Shown here: piece by piece, positions 14,330 to 27,788 of the stretch
Position numbering within the stretch: the stretch's first letter is position 1
Layout: each line of letters starts with the position of its first letter
From: Schmidtea polychroa
Taxonomy: Eukaryota
NCBI GenBank assembly: GCA_044892525.1
Contig: CM097886.1
Span: 66,712,001-66,776,000 of the forward strand
Length of the DNA: 64,000 nucleotides
Direction of reading: 5' to 3'
Notes under the pieces: model-generated
What the model saw: only the letters and a program-made list of their open reading frames with translations
What the model was told of the DNA's origin: nothing
Database searches by the model: none
Translations under genes and position numbers: made by a program

Positions 14330-14619
14330 GACTGTGTAAATGAAATGTGCATAAAATATTTCATTTAAATAGACATTTTGAACCATGACCAATGAAAAAT
14401 TAACACTTAAGTCATATAAAATAATTTTCGACAAGTTTAGAAATTAGTTAAAAAATTCAGTTAATTAGGCACTTGAAATAATAAAGTACATAATTTATTT
14501 GTCATTTATTAGGTTATTAAATTATTTAATTTATTATTAAATTATTTTTAAAATACTTTTAAATCGGAGATAACAAAACAAATTCAAACTGTACAAATAT
14601 ATTTTATTAAACAATCAGA

Positions 14620-14981
14620 TATCGTATATACTCGACTAAAAGGCGATTCAAGTATAAGTCGAAGTGTCATTTTTGGTAGAAAATAGTGTCTAAAATCAAT
14701 GACCCAAATATAAGTCGAAACATAAAATCGAACTTATTAAATAAAAGGTTAATATCTACTTTTAATAAAAAATTATCAACATGTTAATACAAATTAATAA
14801 CTTCCGGTTTGTATAGTACAAAAAAAGTAAGTACGGGAAGTATATTCAAATAAATGCAATTAAAATATAATTTAAAATCCTTGGTCTGAAATTCTCCCAT
14901 ATTATTTTCCTCCCGTGTATACGTCGAAGATCCTGAAAAATAGAACTAAATTTCTCGACTTATAGTTGAGTATACACAGTA
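14620..14981. mobile_element. pogo/Tigger-type MITE
   Basis: CGTATATACTCGACTAAAAG...TCTCGACTTATAGTTGAGTATACACAGTA inverted ends, with internal GTATAAGTCGAA subrepeats. Confidence 0.75.
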
Positions 14982-15233
14982 ATTTTATTTAAAATTACAC
15001 TGAAGAGAAGAAGTCAACTTTTTCCATTTTAAAATCATCAAAATTTTCCTCCTGTAGATAATTCGGTACGCATTTAATTTTGAATGTTTATAAATTATTT
15101 CATAGATTTGATAATTTACTTTACCAAATAATTTTTGTTCATTTAAACATTTCCAGGTTCCATAATAAATGCCATCAATTGAGGAAGATTAGTTTTGATT
15201 AAATTGACTATTTGTTGAAATAATAGTTTAGAC

Positions 15234-16426
15234 CAGCACCGGCCAACCCGCGGTTCATTGCAAGATAATTTGCGGTTCTCAAAAGAATTTATAAATATTT
15301 GTAAATATAGCATTTTTACAATGAAATTGCATTATACATCAAGAAAGCTTATGTAGCCAAACATTAAAAATGGACCACGTAATGAATGTAGTTATTAAAT
15401 CTACTAATGTTATTCGTAGTCGTAGACTATCCTATCGTCAATTTCAAGAATATTTGGAAGAAATAATTTCGCACTATAGTGACGTTATTTATTTTTCTAA
15501 AGTACGTTGGCTTAGTTGAGGAAGATGTTTATTAAGATTTTATATCTCAAAGAAGCAATTAAAGTTTTTATGGAATTACAAAATAAACCTATTGCAGAAT
15601 TATCAGACGATAATTGGTTATTAGATTTATGTTTTTTTTTAGACGTGACTGGCCATCTCAGTAGCTTAAATTAAAAACTTCAGGGTGAAAACAAATTAAT
15701 TCCTGAAAGTTGTGGTGAAATTAAATCTTTTATCATGAAATTTCATTTGTGGAAAAATCAATTAAGGAATGCGGATGCAACTCATTTTACTGAATTAGAC
15801 AATATTAGTTCACCAATACAAAAGTATTTTGTAAAATATGCTGATTGTTTGAAGAAATCGAAAGAAGCTTTTGATTCGATATTCGAAGAAATTCCCATCA
15901 TCTGATAAACATTTTGAATTATTTCAAACGCCTTTCAATATTACTGCATGTTCAGCACCATCTGCTTTGCAAATGGAATTATTTGAGCTCCAATGTCATA
16001 CTGAATTGAAAACCATCTTTCTTGAATCAGATGATATAGTACAGTTTTATTCAAAATTTATTGAAAATGCCAAATATCCAAATTTAGGAAAATTTGCTTC
16101 AAATATCATAAGTGCTTTTAGAACTACTGTATTATGCGAATCTTTTTTTCCAAAGTGACGTTTACCAAAAACAAATATCGTGAATCAATTACTAATAAGA
16201 ATTTGCACAATCATTTGCGAATAGCTACATCCAAAATCGAAATTGATATGGATGATTTATCCAAGCAAGTGGAGAAACAGGTTTCCCATTAACCAATTTA
16301 ATTATTTGATTTTATAAATTAAAATTTATATTGAAAAAAATATATAGTAAAATTTTTTTTGCCGCTCATGGAATTTAAGAATTTTTTATTTTCAGCTCAT
16401 CATTTAGTTTGGGTTGGCTGGGCCTG
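15234..16426 (+). mobile_element. hAT (Buster/GTF2IRD2-like) internally deleted element carrying a decayed transposase C-terminal half
   Basis: Exact 8-bp TSD GTTTAGAC (15226-15233, 16427-16434). Ends CAGCACCGGCCAACC / GGTTGGCTGGGCCTG. Fragments MDHVMNVVIKSTNVIR, VRWLS, ALQMELFELQC, TTVLCESFF. Confidence 0.9.
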
Positions 16427-16481
16427 GTTTAGACTTTTGTTTGAATTTCTTCAAGATTTGAAGTAACTGGGTTCAATCTAA

Positions 16482-17254
16482 TGTAGGATCGAGTTTCTTG
16501 CACGTTAAAAATGGTCGCCAAATAATCTCACAACTAATATACTATTAGAAATTGCACTAAATATCACTTTAAAATAACTCACTATTATCCAGTAAGCCAT
16601 CCATAAACCAAGAACCAATAAATAATTACTGTTGATGCTATCGGTGAAATAGAATATTACCATTTATTGATTTGATTCCCAAGTGTTTCCAGTTTAACAA
16701 CAAAAACGAAGTCCAGACAATATAAACTTTTATTGATTAATATAATTGATTATCAATTTTCAGTGGTATCAATAATTCAATATTACAACAATGGATTAAT
16801 TGCTTTTTATAAGCTTTTCGGGAGGAATAGTACGTTTACAATACAACTTGGTATTCACAACTACTTGACTACTGTTTCTGCTTTCAATGATTGGTAGATT
16901 CGAACCAGTTGCTTTCCAAGCTTTAACTCGAAAGTACTTGATACTCGCGAATAAGAACTTTATTTTGTTTTAGATTGCTTTTTCAATTCGACAATGTTTT
17001 CTCGGGTAATTTCGTACTTTACTTTGCATTTCGTTTTAACTCTGTTTTCTCGCCTGTCTTCTTTTTATATTTTATTTCTCTTTTTCGTTTTAACTTAGGT
17101 CTCCGTTTCTTTTCAAATTCTGTCGCTTGATTCAGATTATGTTTCCTTTTATAGTTTGCAATCTAATGGCACTTACTAATATTGAATATAGTTTAGATTC
17201 TTTCCTCCAATACATTTCCTTCCGTCATCTCCAGTTCTTCTAGTATCTCTGACA
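16482..17254 (-). mobile_element. Solo LTR
   Basis: TG...CA termini (TGTCAGAGATAC ... GATCCTACA on minus), near-perfect 5-bp TSD TCTAA/TCTAT, and a purine-skewed body like the other LTR-like repeats. Confidence 0.55.
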
Positions 17255-17605
17255 TCTATCGAAATATATAATTTTTAGAATATCGAAAATTTTGAAAAAA
17301 GTAAATATTCTATATTACGAATATGCTACTTTTACCGTTTCAGAAATTTAAAAAATATCCGCGTGCCGTATAATAAAATATTTCGAGGTATCTTAAATAA
17401 TTTTACTTTATTGAAAAATCATTCTCTAAATACTTTTCCGTTTATTAGATAAATTATACAGTATAAAGTTGTTCGGAAATTTCAAATAAATAACTCTTAT
17501 GAAAAAAATGAAAGACATTGTTGAAATTTGTTTTATTAAATTAATTATACTTAATTTGAACAGTAATTTTATATTTATTACTAAAATATTTACACGTTTT
17601 AATAA

Positions 17606-18082
17606 TGTAAATATTTACAAATTAAATAAATAAAAAAATTAAACAAGTTCAAAAATTTGATGTCATTTTATTTTTTCTTCATAAATTCAAATATGATTAG
17701 TTTTTTCCAAATTTCACAACTGATTATTTCACTTGAAAAAGGCAGTGCCGAAAATTCGTGAGTATCAAAAAACATCGATATATTACTGATTTATAGTCTT
17801 CAAGCTCTCTTTTTAATAAGTTCAATGATTAGTTTTGTCTATAATATAGACAAAACTAATCATTGAACTTATTAAAAAGAGAGCTTGAAGACTATAAATC
17901 AGTAATATATCGATGTTTTTTGATACTCACGAATTTTCGGCACTGCCTTTTTCAAGTGAAATAATCAGTTGTGAAATTTGGAAAAAACTAATCATATTTG
18001 AATTTATGAAGAAAAAATAAAATGACATCAAATTTTTGAACTTGTTTAATTTTTTTATTTATTTAATTTGTAAATATTTACA
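17606..18082. repeat. Long palindrome, 238-bp arms with a 1-nt spacer at 17844
   Basis: The arms read as reverse complements from TGTAAATATTTACAAATT to AATTTGTAAATATTTACA; no mismatch was seen by eye. Confidence 0.95.
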
Positions 18083-18481
18083 GGGGTGGGCACGCATGAG
18101 GTCCTAGAGAGCCACATGGCTCATCAAAGAGCCGCACTTGCCCACACCTGGTATATAGTGTAGTGAGACATGTATTATTTAAATATTGCTTATAAAAAGA
18201 ATCAAACAAGGTAGAATGTAATAAGGAAATATTAAATTTTGATTCTAAATACCGCCATCGAATGACACTATAAATTTTAATTCTGTTTACACCTATTTTG
18301 TGACACAGGTAAAAATGAACTAACCATGAAAATACAATTGCAACAAAAAATTTTTTTTTAAAAATTCAGTTGAAAAAATTTCAAAATAAAAAAATCGAAT
18401 TCAATTTTCAAATTCAATTATCAAAAATTCAATTATCAAAGAGCCGCATGCGGCTCTAAGAGCCGCATTTGCCCACCGTTG
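18081..18481. mobile_element. hAT-type MITE with two right-end copies
   Basis: Left end CAGGGGTGGGCAC. Right-end-like GAGCCGCACTTGCCCACACCTG at about 18130-18151 and GAGCCGCATTTGCCCACCGTTG ending at 18481. Confidence 0.65.
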
Positions 18482-19062
18482 GTCTATATAGATGATATAA
18501 ATGCTTAAAGTACAGTTTGCTTGTTGTTTCATCATTTAAAATTCCAAAATTATTAGTTTGATAATGCAGAATGCTCTGCTGACAGATCATCAAAGATTTC
18601 CGATGATTAAAGTAAGATATTCTTGTAGAAAATCTGATAATAAAGAATTCGTAATATTTGTGAGATAATGAAGACATCAAACAATATTTGGGAATTTTCC
18701 GATGGAAGATGTGTCCGATTTACTTTATTTAATTAATTTTATTTAATCTAATATTAGTTTTGCCCTAACAAATATAAAAAATATTGTATATAAAAATATA
18801 GTTTTGAATAATTTTATTTAATCAATTACTAACAATTCTTAAAACTTTTCATAAAACTTTTCATATGACATCTTGTTTATTTAAATATTTGATGTAAAAA
18901 AATATTTTGAAAAAAATTATATTTTGCAACGCTAAATTTCATTGCAAGCTTGCTTTTTTAAAGGAATTGTGTTGGTATGTTTAAATTTTCTATACATTAG
19001 TCTAAAGCATAATAAAATTATATTTTGCAAAGATATTTTTAACACAGATGTTAGTTGGCATC

Positions 19063-19361
19063 CAGTGCCGGTTCTAGGAATTTTCTGTGTGTAGGCGAGT
19101 GGCGAATTTGCCGCCACAAAAATAAAAAATGTAATTTCTAAATTGAAGAAAAATAGAAAAACATCTGAACTTAATACATATATTTGTATTTTAATACGAA
19201 AAATTAAACAAAATTCAGATTTTTTTACAAGATTTCAACCCCAATCCCAAAAAACAATTTATTTTTCTTGTTGGAATTGACAAAAAAATTAGAAAATGCC
19301 GTCTTCAAAAAGTGCCGCTGTCGGCGGTCGCTGACGTTGCCTACGCTTAAAACCAGGCCTG
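19063..19361. mobile_element. hAT-type MITE
   Basis: Ends CAGTGCCGGTTCTAGG / TTAAAACCAGGCCTG. Degenerate 8-bp TSD TTGGCATC/TTGGGAAC (6/8). Confidence 0.65.
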
Positions 19362-20004
19362 TTGGGAACTATAGAGACTAAAATTACTATAAAAACAAGC
19401 TAAAATTTATCAGTCACTATAAATGTCGAAAATTTGAGAAGTATCTAAAGAATCTTTTGCTTATTGAAAATGGCTTACCAATCGTAGACTTATCTAAAGG
19501 CCAATTTATTGAAATTAATATACCAAGCATAAAAACTTATTAAAATTTAATATTTTACCTATAATTTTTCAAATAGAATATAATATTAAGTAAATCAAAT
19601 TATTATTCCTAGAAAAAAATTATATAGAACACAAATCTGTATATTTATAATTTTAGAAATTTAAAACATCTTTAATGACAATGAATAAAAACGATATTTA
19701 AATCACTACGGGACTTTACTTATTGTCCAATAATAAATCAATATATGTGTGAAAGTCACTCGGTGATTGGTGCAGAAACCCAAAATATAAACCAATTAGA
19801 AAGCAAAGTTCAATATCTTTCTTGAATACTTTCTAAAACTCGTATTTTTATAATTTCGATGATCTTGACATTTGATATTTTTATTAATAATTAATTAAAA
19901 AACCAATATTATTTTTACATATAGAAAAATATAGGTTATATATAAAAAAAACTAAAAAAAATTAAAAAATTTATCAATCTTCAAATTACATATGAATTGA
20001 AATA

Positions 20005-23000
20005 TCATTTTATTAAAGCACCTAAAGCAAGAATATAATCAACATTTAAAACTTTCGTCTCTATTTGATTTGGTATGTATGTCACTCCAAATTGAAGATA
20101 TTTCGTATATATTGGAGAGTTAAACATATCCCCACAAACGTAAACCTAGACCAATAAATAATTGCTGGGTATCAGAATGAAATTACATAATTTGTTTTAA
20201 AGACTTTGCACAACTTATGTATCTGATTATTTGTTTCGTTTAAAAATACAAAACTCAAGGAGTCCAACAAATCGTTTGGGTTAAAATATTCTTTATCCTT
20301 ATTATAATCCGCACATTTGCCGAAGGACAACATTGGTAAATCTAGAGGATTTTCTCCATACGGCGAATTTGTATTATCAGCTATCATTTCCCATATTTGC
20401 GAATCTATTTTCTCTCTATTACCTTTAGATGCCAGTAAAATGTTCTCATTAAAATTCTTAATGAGAAAATTATAAATTTAAGAAACTTTTATTAGAACAA
20501 TAATATAAAAAATAATTACTCAAAATATTTTTATCCAGAAGGGTAACTTAGGATAATAAAGGTATTTGTTTGTTTGTTTCATTAATTTAAAAACATTGTA
20601 TGCGGGACACGTACTAGTACGTTTTTTTACGATTGGCACTTGAGTGCGGGTCACGTACTAGTACGTTTTTGAGATGAATTACTGACATGATTAAAAATCG
20701 AATACTTTTTTTTGTTTATTGTTTTGTTTTGTTATTCATTATTTTGGTAACTTGGTGAAAACGCGGCCGAGTCCATTTTCAGAGACCGACGGTAGCGGTC
20801 ACTATACGACCATTTGAAGAAATCAAAAAAATATATAATGTAATTCGAAAAAATTAAAACTATATATATATTTAAATTTTCATATTTACGATATTATTAT
20901 AAATGTTCCCACCAAAATATGAAACGTTGGTTAAAAATTTAAATAATTTTCGATTTATTGAGATTTTATTGAAAAACTAAATTTGCACAAAAAACCCCGC
21001 TACAGCACAACTCCGCCAAAAAATGTACCCGCATACAATGTGTTAATCATGTAAATTTGATTGAAACGTTGATAAGTATTCCGACATTGGTTTTCAACTG
21101 AAATAATATAATATTTTGGCCTTTTCTGTGTGTAACGAGGTACGGTACTCCGGGTACAAACATACCACAAGCTAAAAAAGAATAAATAAATAGTTGCCAT
21201 CTGAAAGATTTAGAAAGTTTCCTTACCAATACTACCAGTCAATTAATTTTCAAGCAATTTGAAAACAATTTCTTTACAATAAGTGAATTTGAATGAAATA
21301 GCAAAGCTTCAAAGTGGAAAGAGCCTAATCATGTACATATATATTTCAAACTATAACCGGATTTTATAAGTAGTCGCGTTAAAATTTTCCATACTTCATT
21401 TTGTATTTGTTTTATGTAAATAGTATAATCTTTGCTGATACATGTACTTAAAAACTATATATGAATGTTGTTTAAATAGTTGCGTATTAATCGTCAACGA
21501 GTGAAACAGAATCATGATAATTTAAGGAATATTTTATTAAGTGCACTATATCAAGGTTCATTTTTCGGAAAAACTCGCACATTTATCAAAAATATTGCAT
21601 TTAAACAATTGTTAAATTAAGTATTTTGCATTATGAAATAATTAAAAATTACTTTTTAAAATAGAATTTTATGTTTTAATTTGTATACTGTTAGAACATA
21701 AAAATAACTAATCAATATAAACTTAAAATTTAAACAGAAAACGGCCTTCATTTTTAACGGGTTACTTAATCAACACACATACACACATAAATATAAGCAG
21801 ATGAAACGTATAAACTTACAGAAGGATGCCCACACACTTGGTAGTGGCATACAGTCCAAATAACAGGACAAAATCAAAATAGATTTGGTTCTATCCACAA
21901 ACATCATAATGGAAAATAAGTACACAATTTTGAGTTAATTGTATTTTCTATGCAACAACAAAAAATGTCACGTTAATATTATGTTTAAATTGTCTATTTA
22001 TAACAGATTCAATTTAGAAATAATTTTAATATGTCGGTGACCGTACAATATATAACTTTTTGATAGAACCACCAAATATAGCAAAGATCACACGACGTGC
22101 CAAACTCGTTATATTAATGTTTTTTTAGCGCAGACCAAAATTATTAAGAATAAAAAAGATTTGTTTGCTGCTGTTACTTTCCAGTAAATATCAACAATTT
22201 TAAATATAGTGTTTTTTTTTCAAATGAAATGCGCATTTAAATATAACTTGCATTTTAAAAACCTGCGAGCGTACTATATTCGAGGAAGGACTGTAGCCAC
22301 AAATAATTATTAAGTAAAATAAATGAAATGATTTTATAAACGTTTTTGACAAAAAATAAAAAATTATTGGCAATTTTTTCGCAAAATTATAAATACTATA
22401 TTCTTACATTTGAGTCTACTAGACATTTAAAGATACCTTTCAGGGTTTCTCCAGCAAACATGGAATAGCTTATTAGTTTCACTGTTCCGTAATTATTTAG
22501 TAAATAATATTTAATGACTGAGCCAGCCAATATCATGATGCTAGGAAATTTTATAACTCCGTTATTAGACTTTGAGTCTTCCGTTGATGGAAATTTCATT
22601 GACTGAAGAAGCTGAAATAAAAAAAAAACTCATTAATTTCTATTGGGGATAAAGTTGTGCAAATCTAACTGAGCACATTTGCATTGTTTTGAAAAGAGTA
22701 AAAGAGTAAAACATTATTAAAAAATTAAATGCCTTATTACAAATTTTGCAATTTTATTTACTTAAAACTCATATTATTATGAGTAAACATTGAAAGTTAA
22801 AAATCTTTTTAAGAAGTTATATACAAGAAAGTCTAATATATTTATTAATAATAATTTTTAGAATACACATTTATGGATTTCACAAAAATTAAAAATTTAT
22901 TTTTAATCTTTTGCATTTTTCACTTTTTAATTGCACTAAACTTATATTTTTATAATTTTTCATTTTTTAAAAATATATGTCGAATATTACTGATGTTTAA

Positions 23001-24063
23001 TAAAGATTAAATAAATTAAAACATGTGATCATGAGGAATATCTTTTCCGAAATAGTAATCTGTCTCTCAAAATGCGTGACGAATGGCAGGCGATCATTGT
23101 AAAACAGATATTCTCAAATCAGATATTATCCCGTCAACTTGAAGAGCATAATATAAATATTTAAAGCAAAATATTATTTGTTTAGGACAGTGGTTCTCAA
23201 ACGGTGTTCCGCGAAAAAAATGACATTTTATCTTTAAATTTGCATTTAAGATACATATCATCAAAAACCTCAATTAATCTTTTTATAAGATGATTCAATA
23301 AGAAAGCCGTTACACAGATATATAAACATACAAATATGAAAGTGTTTTTATTGCTTGTTATTGTTGCGCGTGGTATTTCCTTTGCTTATAAGAAGGTATT
23401 GTTTACGTTTACGACAGATTTATAGTAATTTGTGATTGGTCACTCATTGTGGGCAAGTAATTTTTTTGTCAGTGTTCCGCGTAAAAAAATCATGTGAATG
23501 GTGTTCCGCGCTTTTATATTAATTGAGAACAACTGGTTTAGGAGAACATCAACATAAAGTCTAATAAAAATGAATTATTAAATACCTTTTCCCATAATGG
23601 ATTGGAAAAGTTTATTTTATATTTCTCATAGAGATGGACGCCCCCTTCTACTTTTATTTCAATTTCACTCAATTGATAATTATCCGAAATCAATTGCACT
23701 CCATGAGAAAGTGCTGAAATCTCCTCAACAACATTTGCATCGGCATCAAATACAGATTTTACCATCGTTCTAAGACATTCTATAAAAAAAATGAAAATTT
23801 ACAATTTACTTTGCCCATAGATTTTTAAATCCAACTACAAAAATTTTCTCAAACGCATTTTGACCAAATGTTTCTTGAATTTCCAAAAGAGCATTTTCCA
23901 ATTCCTCATTGAGAACGCTTAGAGAACGCAACACCCGTTCATGATTTTCAAGTCCAACACTGAAAACTATCTTGGACGAAGAAATGCCACAGTCAACGGC
24001 CAACTGATTACCATTAATAAATGGTAATAATGATTCCGGTAGCTGTACAGCTTTATTCAACAT
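20005..24063 (-). CDS. Divergent type II pantothenate kinase-like protein, copy B (350 aa)
   Basis: Exons 24063-23810, 23769-23586, 22611-22408, 20456-20187, 20145-20005 splice GT-AG into one open frame. Motifs [52 protein letters not shown]. Confidence 0.88.
20591..21042. mobile_element. piggyBac-like MITE in intron 3 of copy B
   Basis: Inverted ends ACATTGTATGCGGG / CCCGCATACAATGTG next to TTAA. Internal duplicated motif TGCGGG(A/T)CACGTACTAGTACGTTTTT. Confidence 0.6.
23188..23535. mobile_element. hAT Charlie/Buster-type MITE in intron 2 of copy B
   Basis: TIR CAGTGGTTCTCAA / TTGAGAACAACTG. Exact 8-bp TSD GTTTAGGA (23180-23187, 23536-23543). Confidence 0.92.
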
Positions 24064-25845
24064 TTCAACGTCAATTAAGAAGTGTGACCAATAAGTACAA
24101 CTTAAAATCAAAGTACAAAAGGTGAAGAATATTACGTACAAGCACAATGTGACAAATACAAACATACATTTTATTATTTATTAATTCAATCTTTACGATT
24201 CTATATTGGTAAAGTTTTGACGGCTGACGGCTCTTAGTTAAAAATGCAGATTACAAAGATCACAAATGATATATAAGTAAAATCATTAAATTTTTGTTCA
24301 CCTTTAATCTGTTTTTATTTTCTTTTTAAATATCATTTATTTTTATTATAACTATAAGTCTATTTTTTTAAGTGTAATTGAAAATAAATGATATTTTAAC
24401 ACAAATAAAATGACAATCAACTCTTATGTGAAAGAAAGCCAATGGAATGTGTTATATAGAGGAGCCGGTGCTATAAAATTAATTAGAAAATTTTTAAAAT
24501 TTAAAAATAAAAGTTACACAACATGAAATTTCATTATTTAAAATATCTAATTAAATTTTTAAGGTTGCATAAAAGTTAAAATTTAATCTCATGTTTATTA
24601 AATGATATAAACACAAATGAAATATTTAAATTTTCTTCATTAAAACAAAAATACTTTTATCATAACACAATAATAATTATACCTGTTATTGGTTGTGTAT
24701 TATTTTAAGTTGATCATTATCTTTTTATTAATGATTTGTGTTTGGAAGATTTATAGAACCCAATAGAGTCACCTATAAAAATATTTGGCGGGACAGTCGG
24801 GGTGCGTGTATGTAGTGCGTGCTACAATATAAATAATAAACAAATAACAAAAACAGTTATTAACAAATAACAAAAACAGAATTACACTTTTTATTCAAAG
24901 ATAATAAAAAATGTCACGCACTTTATGTTGTTGAAGATAGTATCTCTTTGGATTATATTTTCTTTAATCTTAAAGTGAATTGATTTTGTTTTATTTCAAT
25001 TTTTTAAAATTTTCCATTCTCTATAGTAAATTATAACTATAGAGAATTGCTATATAGATCCTTTTGTTGGATCATGGGGGCCGTTATTCGAATTGAGTTA
25101 AATAGTATAATTTATAATTACAATAAAAAAATTATGCATAAAACATTAACATTACATTACAATACCCAATAAATAAAAATCTAACTGTTTATAGATTTGT
25201 AAGCATATGTTAATTTTTAATTATTTTGAATTATTATTATATTCATTAAAACAAAATATTAGAATATCAAAATTAAGCTCAATGAATAAAGAATTAAACA
25301 GTTAACAATTTGATATCATTATGACATTTTTTGAAAGTTTTATGAGTTACTATCAAAAAGGTGCGTTAAAAAAGTTATGAAAAAATTCGGCAAATATCTT
25401 TAATTAAATAATTATTTACAACCTTTGATATAAATGAGGAAGGCCAACAATATTTTCGATATTTAATTAAAAATGAAAAATTCTGATGACTTTGACATAA
25501 ATATTTATTGTTCACCACAAGAAAACATTTACCTTGACATCATTTTAATAAATAACTACAGAAAATATTGAATGTTAAATCAAATAATTAATAATTAATT
25601 AAATAATTCGTTACCAATGATGGCGAAGCTCGTGATATAGCCCATATTGATCTAGGCTGCTCATACTTTGAATAAAATACACATGCTGACCATTGTTCAA
25701 AATTTTACAACATTAAAAATTTTTCAAAATTATTTTTATCGTGCAAAATTTTCAAAATTACAAATTCAAAATGACAAACGTTATGCACAAAATTGTAAAT
25801 AAAAAATAATTAATATTTCAAAAAACTCTTTACATGTTGGCAGCG

Positions 25846-27080
25846 TCAGCTCTAGGGGGCAGACAACCGGGAAAAGGATTAATTTCAAAACACTAGTGAC
25901 ACTAGACAGTAGAGTTAGATAGAGACCTTAAAGGCTTTAAGATTTCACATGGAAGATGCATACGATGCTTTGCTAAGCATTTCTGAAAACCAAGAAATTG
26001 ATATTTTAGTAATAGACGAAGCCTCAGGTTTATTAAATTGCATTAAACAGTTTAAGTTTTTATATTCAATAGTTATCTGGCATAGAATATTAAAGTGTAT
26101 AATTCCAATATGCAAGATGATGCAAACAAAAGATTTCGATATAGCATATGCACTTAATCTTTTACAAAACTGCAAAAAGCTTTTTAGGGATCTTCGATAG
26201 GATAAGTCCTTCAATGAAACTATTGTTTATGCAAGAGAACTGACTGATGAAATCGACGTTGATTCTAATTTTGAATCAAAAATACCACGACACCGTGTAA
26301 GAAGAAAGGAAACCAACTCATCATTCGAAGCACGAGATGGAATGATAAAAGATCCCAAAGAAAGACAAGATAAACTTCTGAAAGCATCATAGTAATTATT
26401 TTCAATTTTTATATATAATATATAATACATATTTTCAATATAATATATACGATTCGAAAACTACTATTTTAAAACACTGCAAGGATTTTGAAATGATATT
26501 AACTGGGAATTTTGTTGACATAAATGGGGTAGAATTAACCTATGAAAATTATGTGGTTTCCCGCTTAAAGAAAATAAAGAAAATCCTAAACAATGTACCG
26601 TATATACTCCCGTACAAGTCGAGTAAATTTTAAGAGGTTTTTAAGTCCTAAATTGGAAACCCGCGTAAAAGTCGAAGTAACAAAAATAAAAAAAAGATTT
26701 AATGATTTCATAAAAAATTAATTTGTATGTTTTTTGACCCGCGTATAAGTCGAAGTGGCTATTTTGACTTGAAAATTTGACGTAAATTTCTCGACTTATA
26801 CGCGAGTATATACGGTATTTAAATTAATGACAATGTTAAATGTTGCTCCAAACCTTAGTGTTGTCTTAAAAAGATTGCTTAATACTCCAATAATTGTAGC
26901 AAGTCGCGAGAGAAGTTTCTCTAAATTAAAATTCATTAAAAACTTCTTACGTTCCACTATAACGCAAAATCGCCTTAATGGTTTTGGCAATTTTAGCGAT
27001 TGAGCATGAAATTGCTGATCAAATAAACATGAAATAAAAATTCTTCCAGAACTAAAAGTGAGAAAAAACGTTTCTTATGA
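25846..27080 (+). pseudogene. hAT (ZMYM1/Tip100-like) transposase remnant, C-terminal part
   Basis: DEASGLLNCIKQFKFLYSIVIWHRIL, KIPRHRVRRK and the dimerisation motif TPIIVASRERSFSKLKFIKNFLRST. It has stops and frameshifts and is interrupted by the MITE at 26598. Confidence 0.85.
26598..26815. mobile_element. pogo/Tigger-type MITE
   Basis: TA-CCGTATATACTCCCGTACAAGTCGAG ... CTCGACTTATACGCGAGTATATACGG-TA, with TA TSD. Confidence 0.9.
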
Positions 27081-27725
27081 TTTTAGCGAAGTTGATGTTA
27101 TTTTTGTTTAGTTTTTATATGATATAAGTTTTGTTATTTTAATTGTGCAGTAATCCATCTTTATAATTTCATTAAAGAATAATTTTTAATTTCTACTGTT
27201 TTGTACTACTTAATAAAAGTTAGAAGCTGTGAAGATGTTAAGTGTCACAATTGACTTTTTTAAAAATTTTCCTTTGTGCTTTAAGTGCTAACAACCTTTT
27301 ATATTAACTCTGTGACTATTACTAACTATAGCCGGTTAAAATTACGGGAAGAAAATCAAATTTTTTACTACATTTTCAAAGAAATTTTTTTATTCATTTC
27401 AAAAGCGCTTTAGTTAAAACATTTTGTGGTTATTTTGGAATATTTTAACAATCTATCCTCATTGAAGATCANNNNNNNNNNNNNNNNNNNNNNNNNNNNN
27501 NNNNNNNNNNNNNNNNNNNNNNNNNNNNNNNNNNNNNNNNNNNNNNNNNNNNNNNNNNNNNNNNNNNNNNNNNNNNNNNNNNNNNNNNNNNNNNNNNNNN
27601 NNNNNNNNNNNNNNNNNNNNNNNNNNNNNNNNNNNNNNNNNNNNNNNNNNNNNNNNNNNNNNNNNNNTTTTTGTCGGATGTCTCACTTGAATAAAATAAA
27701 CAGTACAAGCTTTGTGATACCCAGT

Positions 27726-27788
27726 GCAAATCCCAATAGTAGACTAGTTTCGAGCTTTTGGCTCTCATCAGTACTATGCAGGAAACGC
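27726..27788 (-). ncRNA. Type I hammerhead ribozyme with short palindromic helix III (retrozyme/Penelope-like)
   Basis: The minus strand reads GCG-UU-UCC-UGC-AUAGUA CUGAUGA GAGC-CAAAA-GCUC GAAA CUAG UC^UACUAU-UG-GGA-UU-UGC. This gives both conserved core boxes, a 4-bp helix II, a 6-bp helix I with an extension, and a GUC cleavage triplet (cut between 27742 and 27741). Confidence 0.88.
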
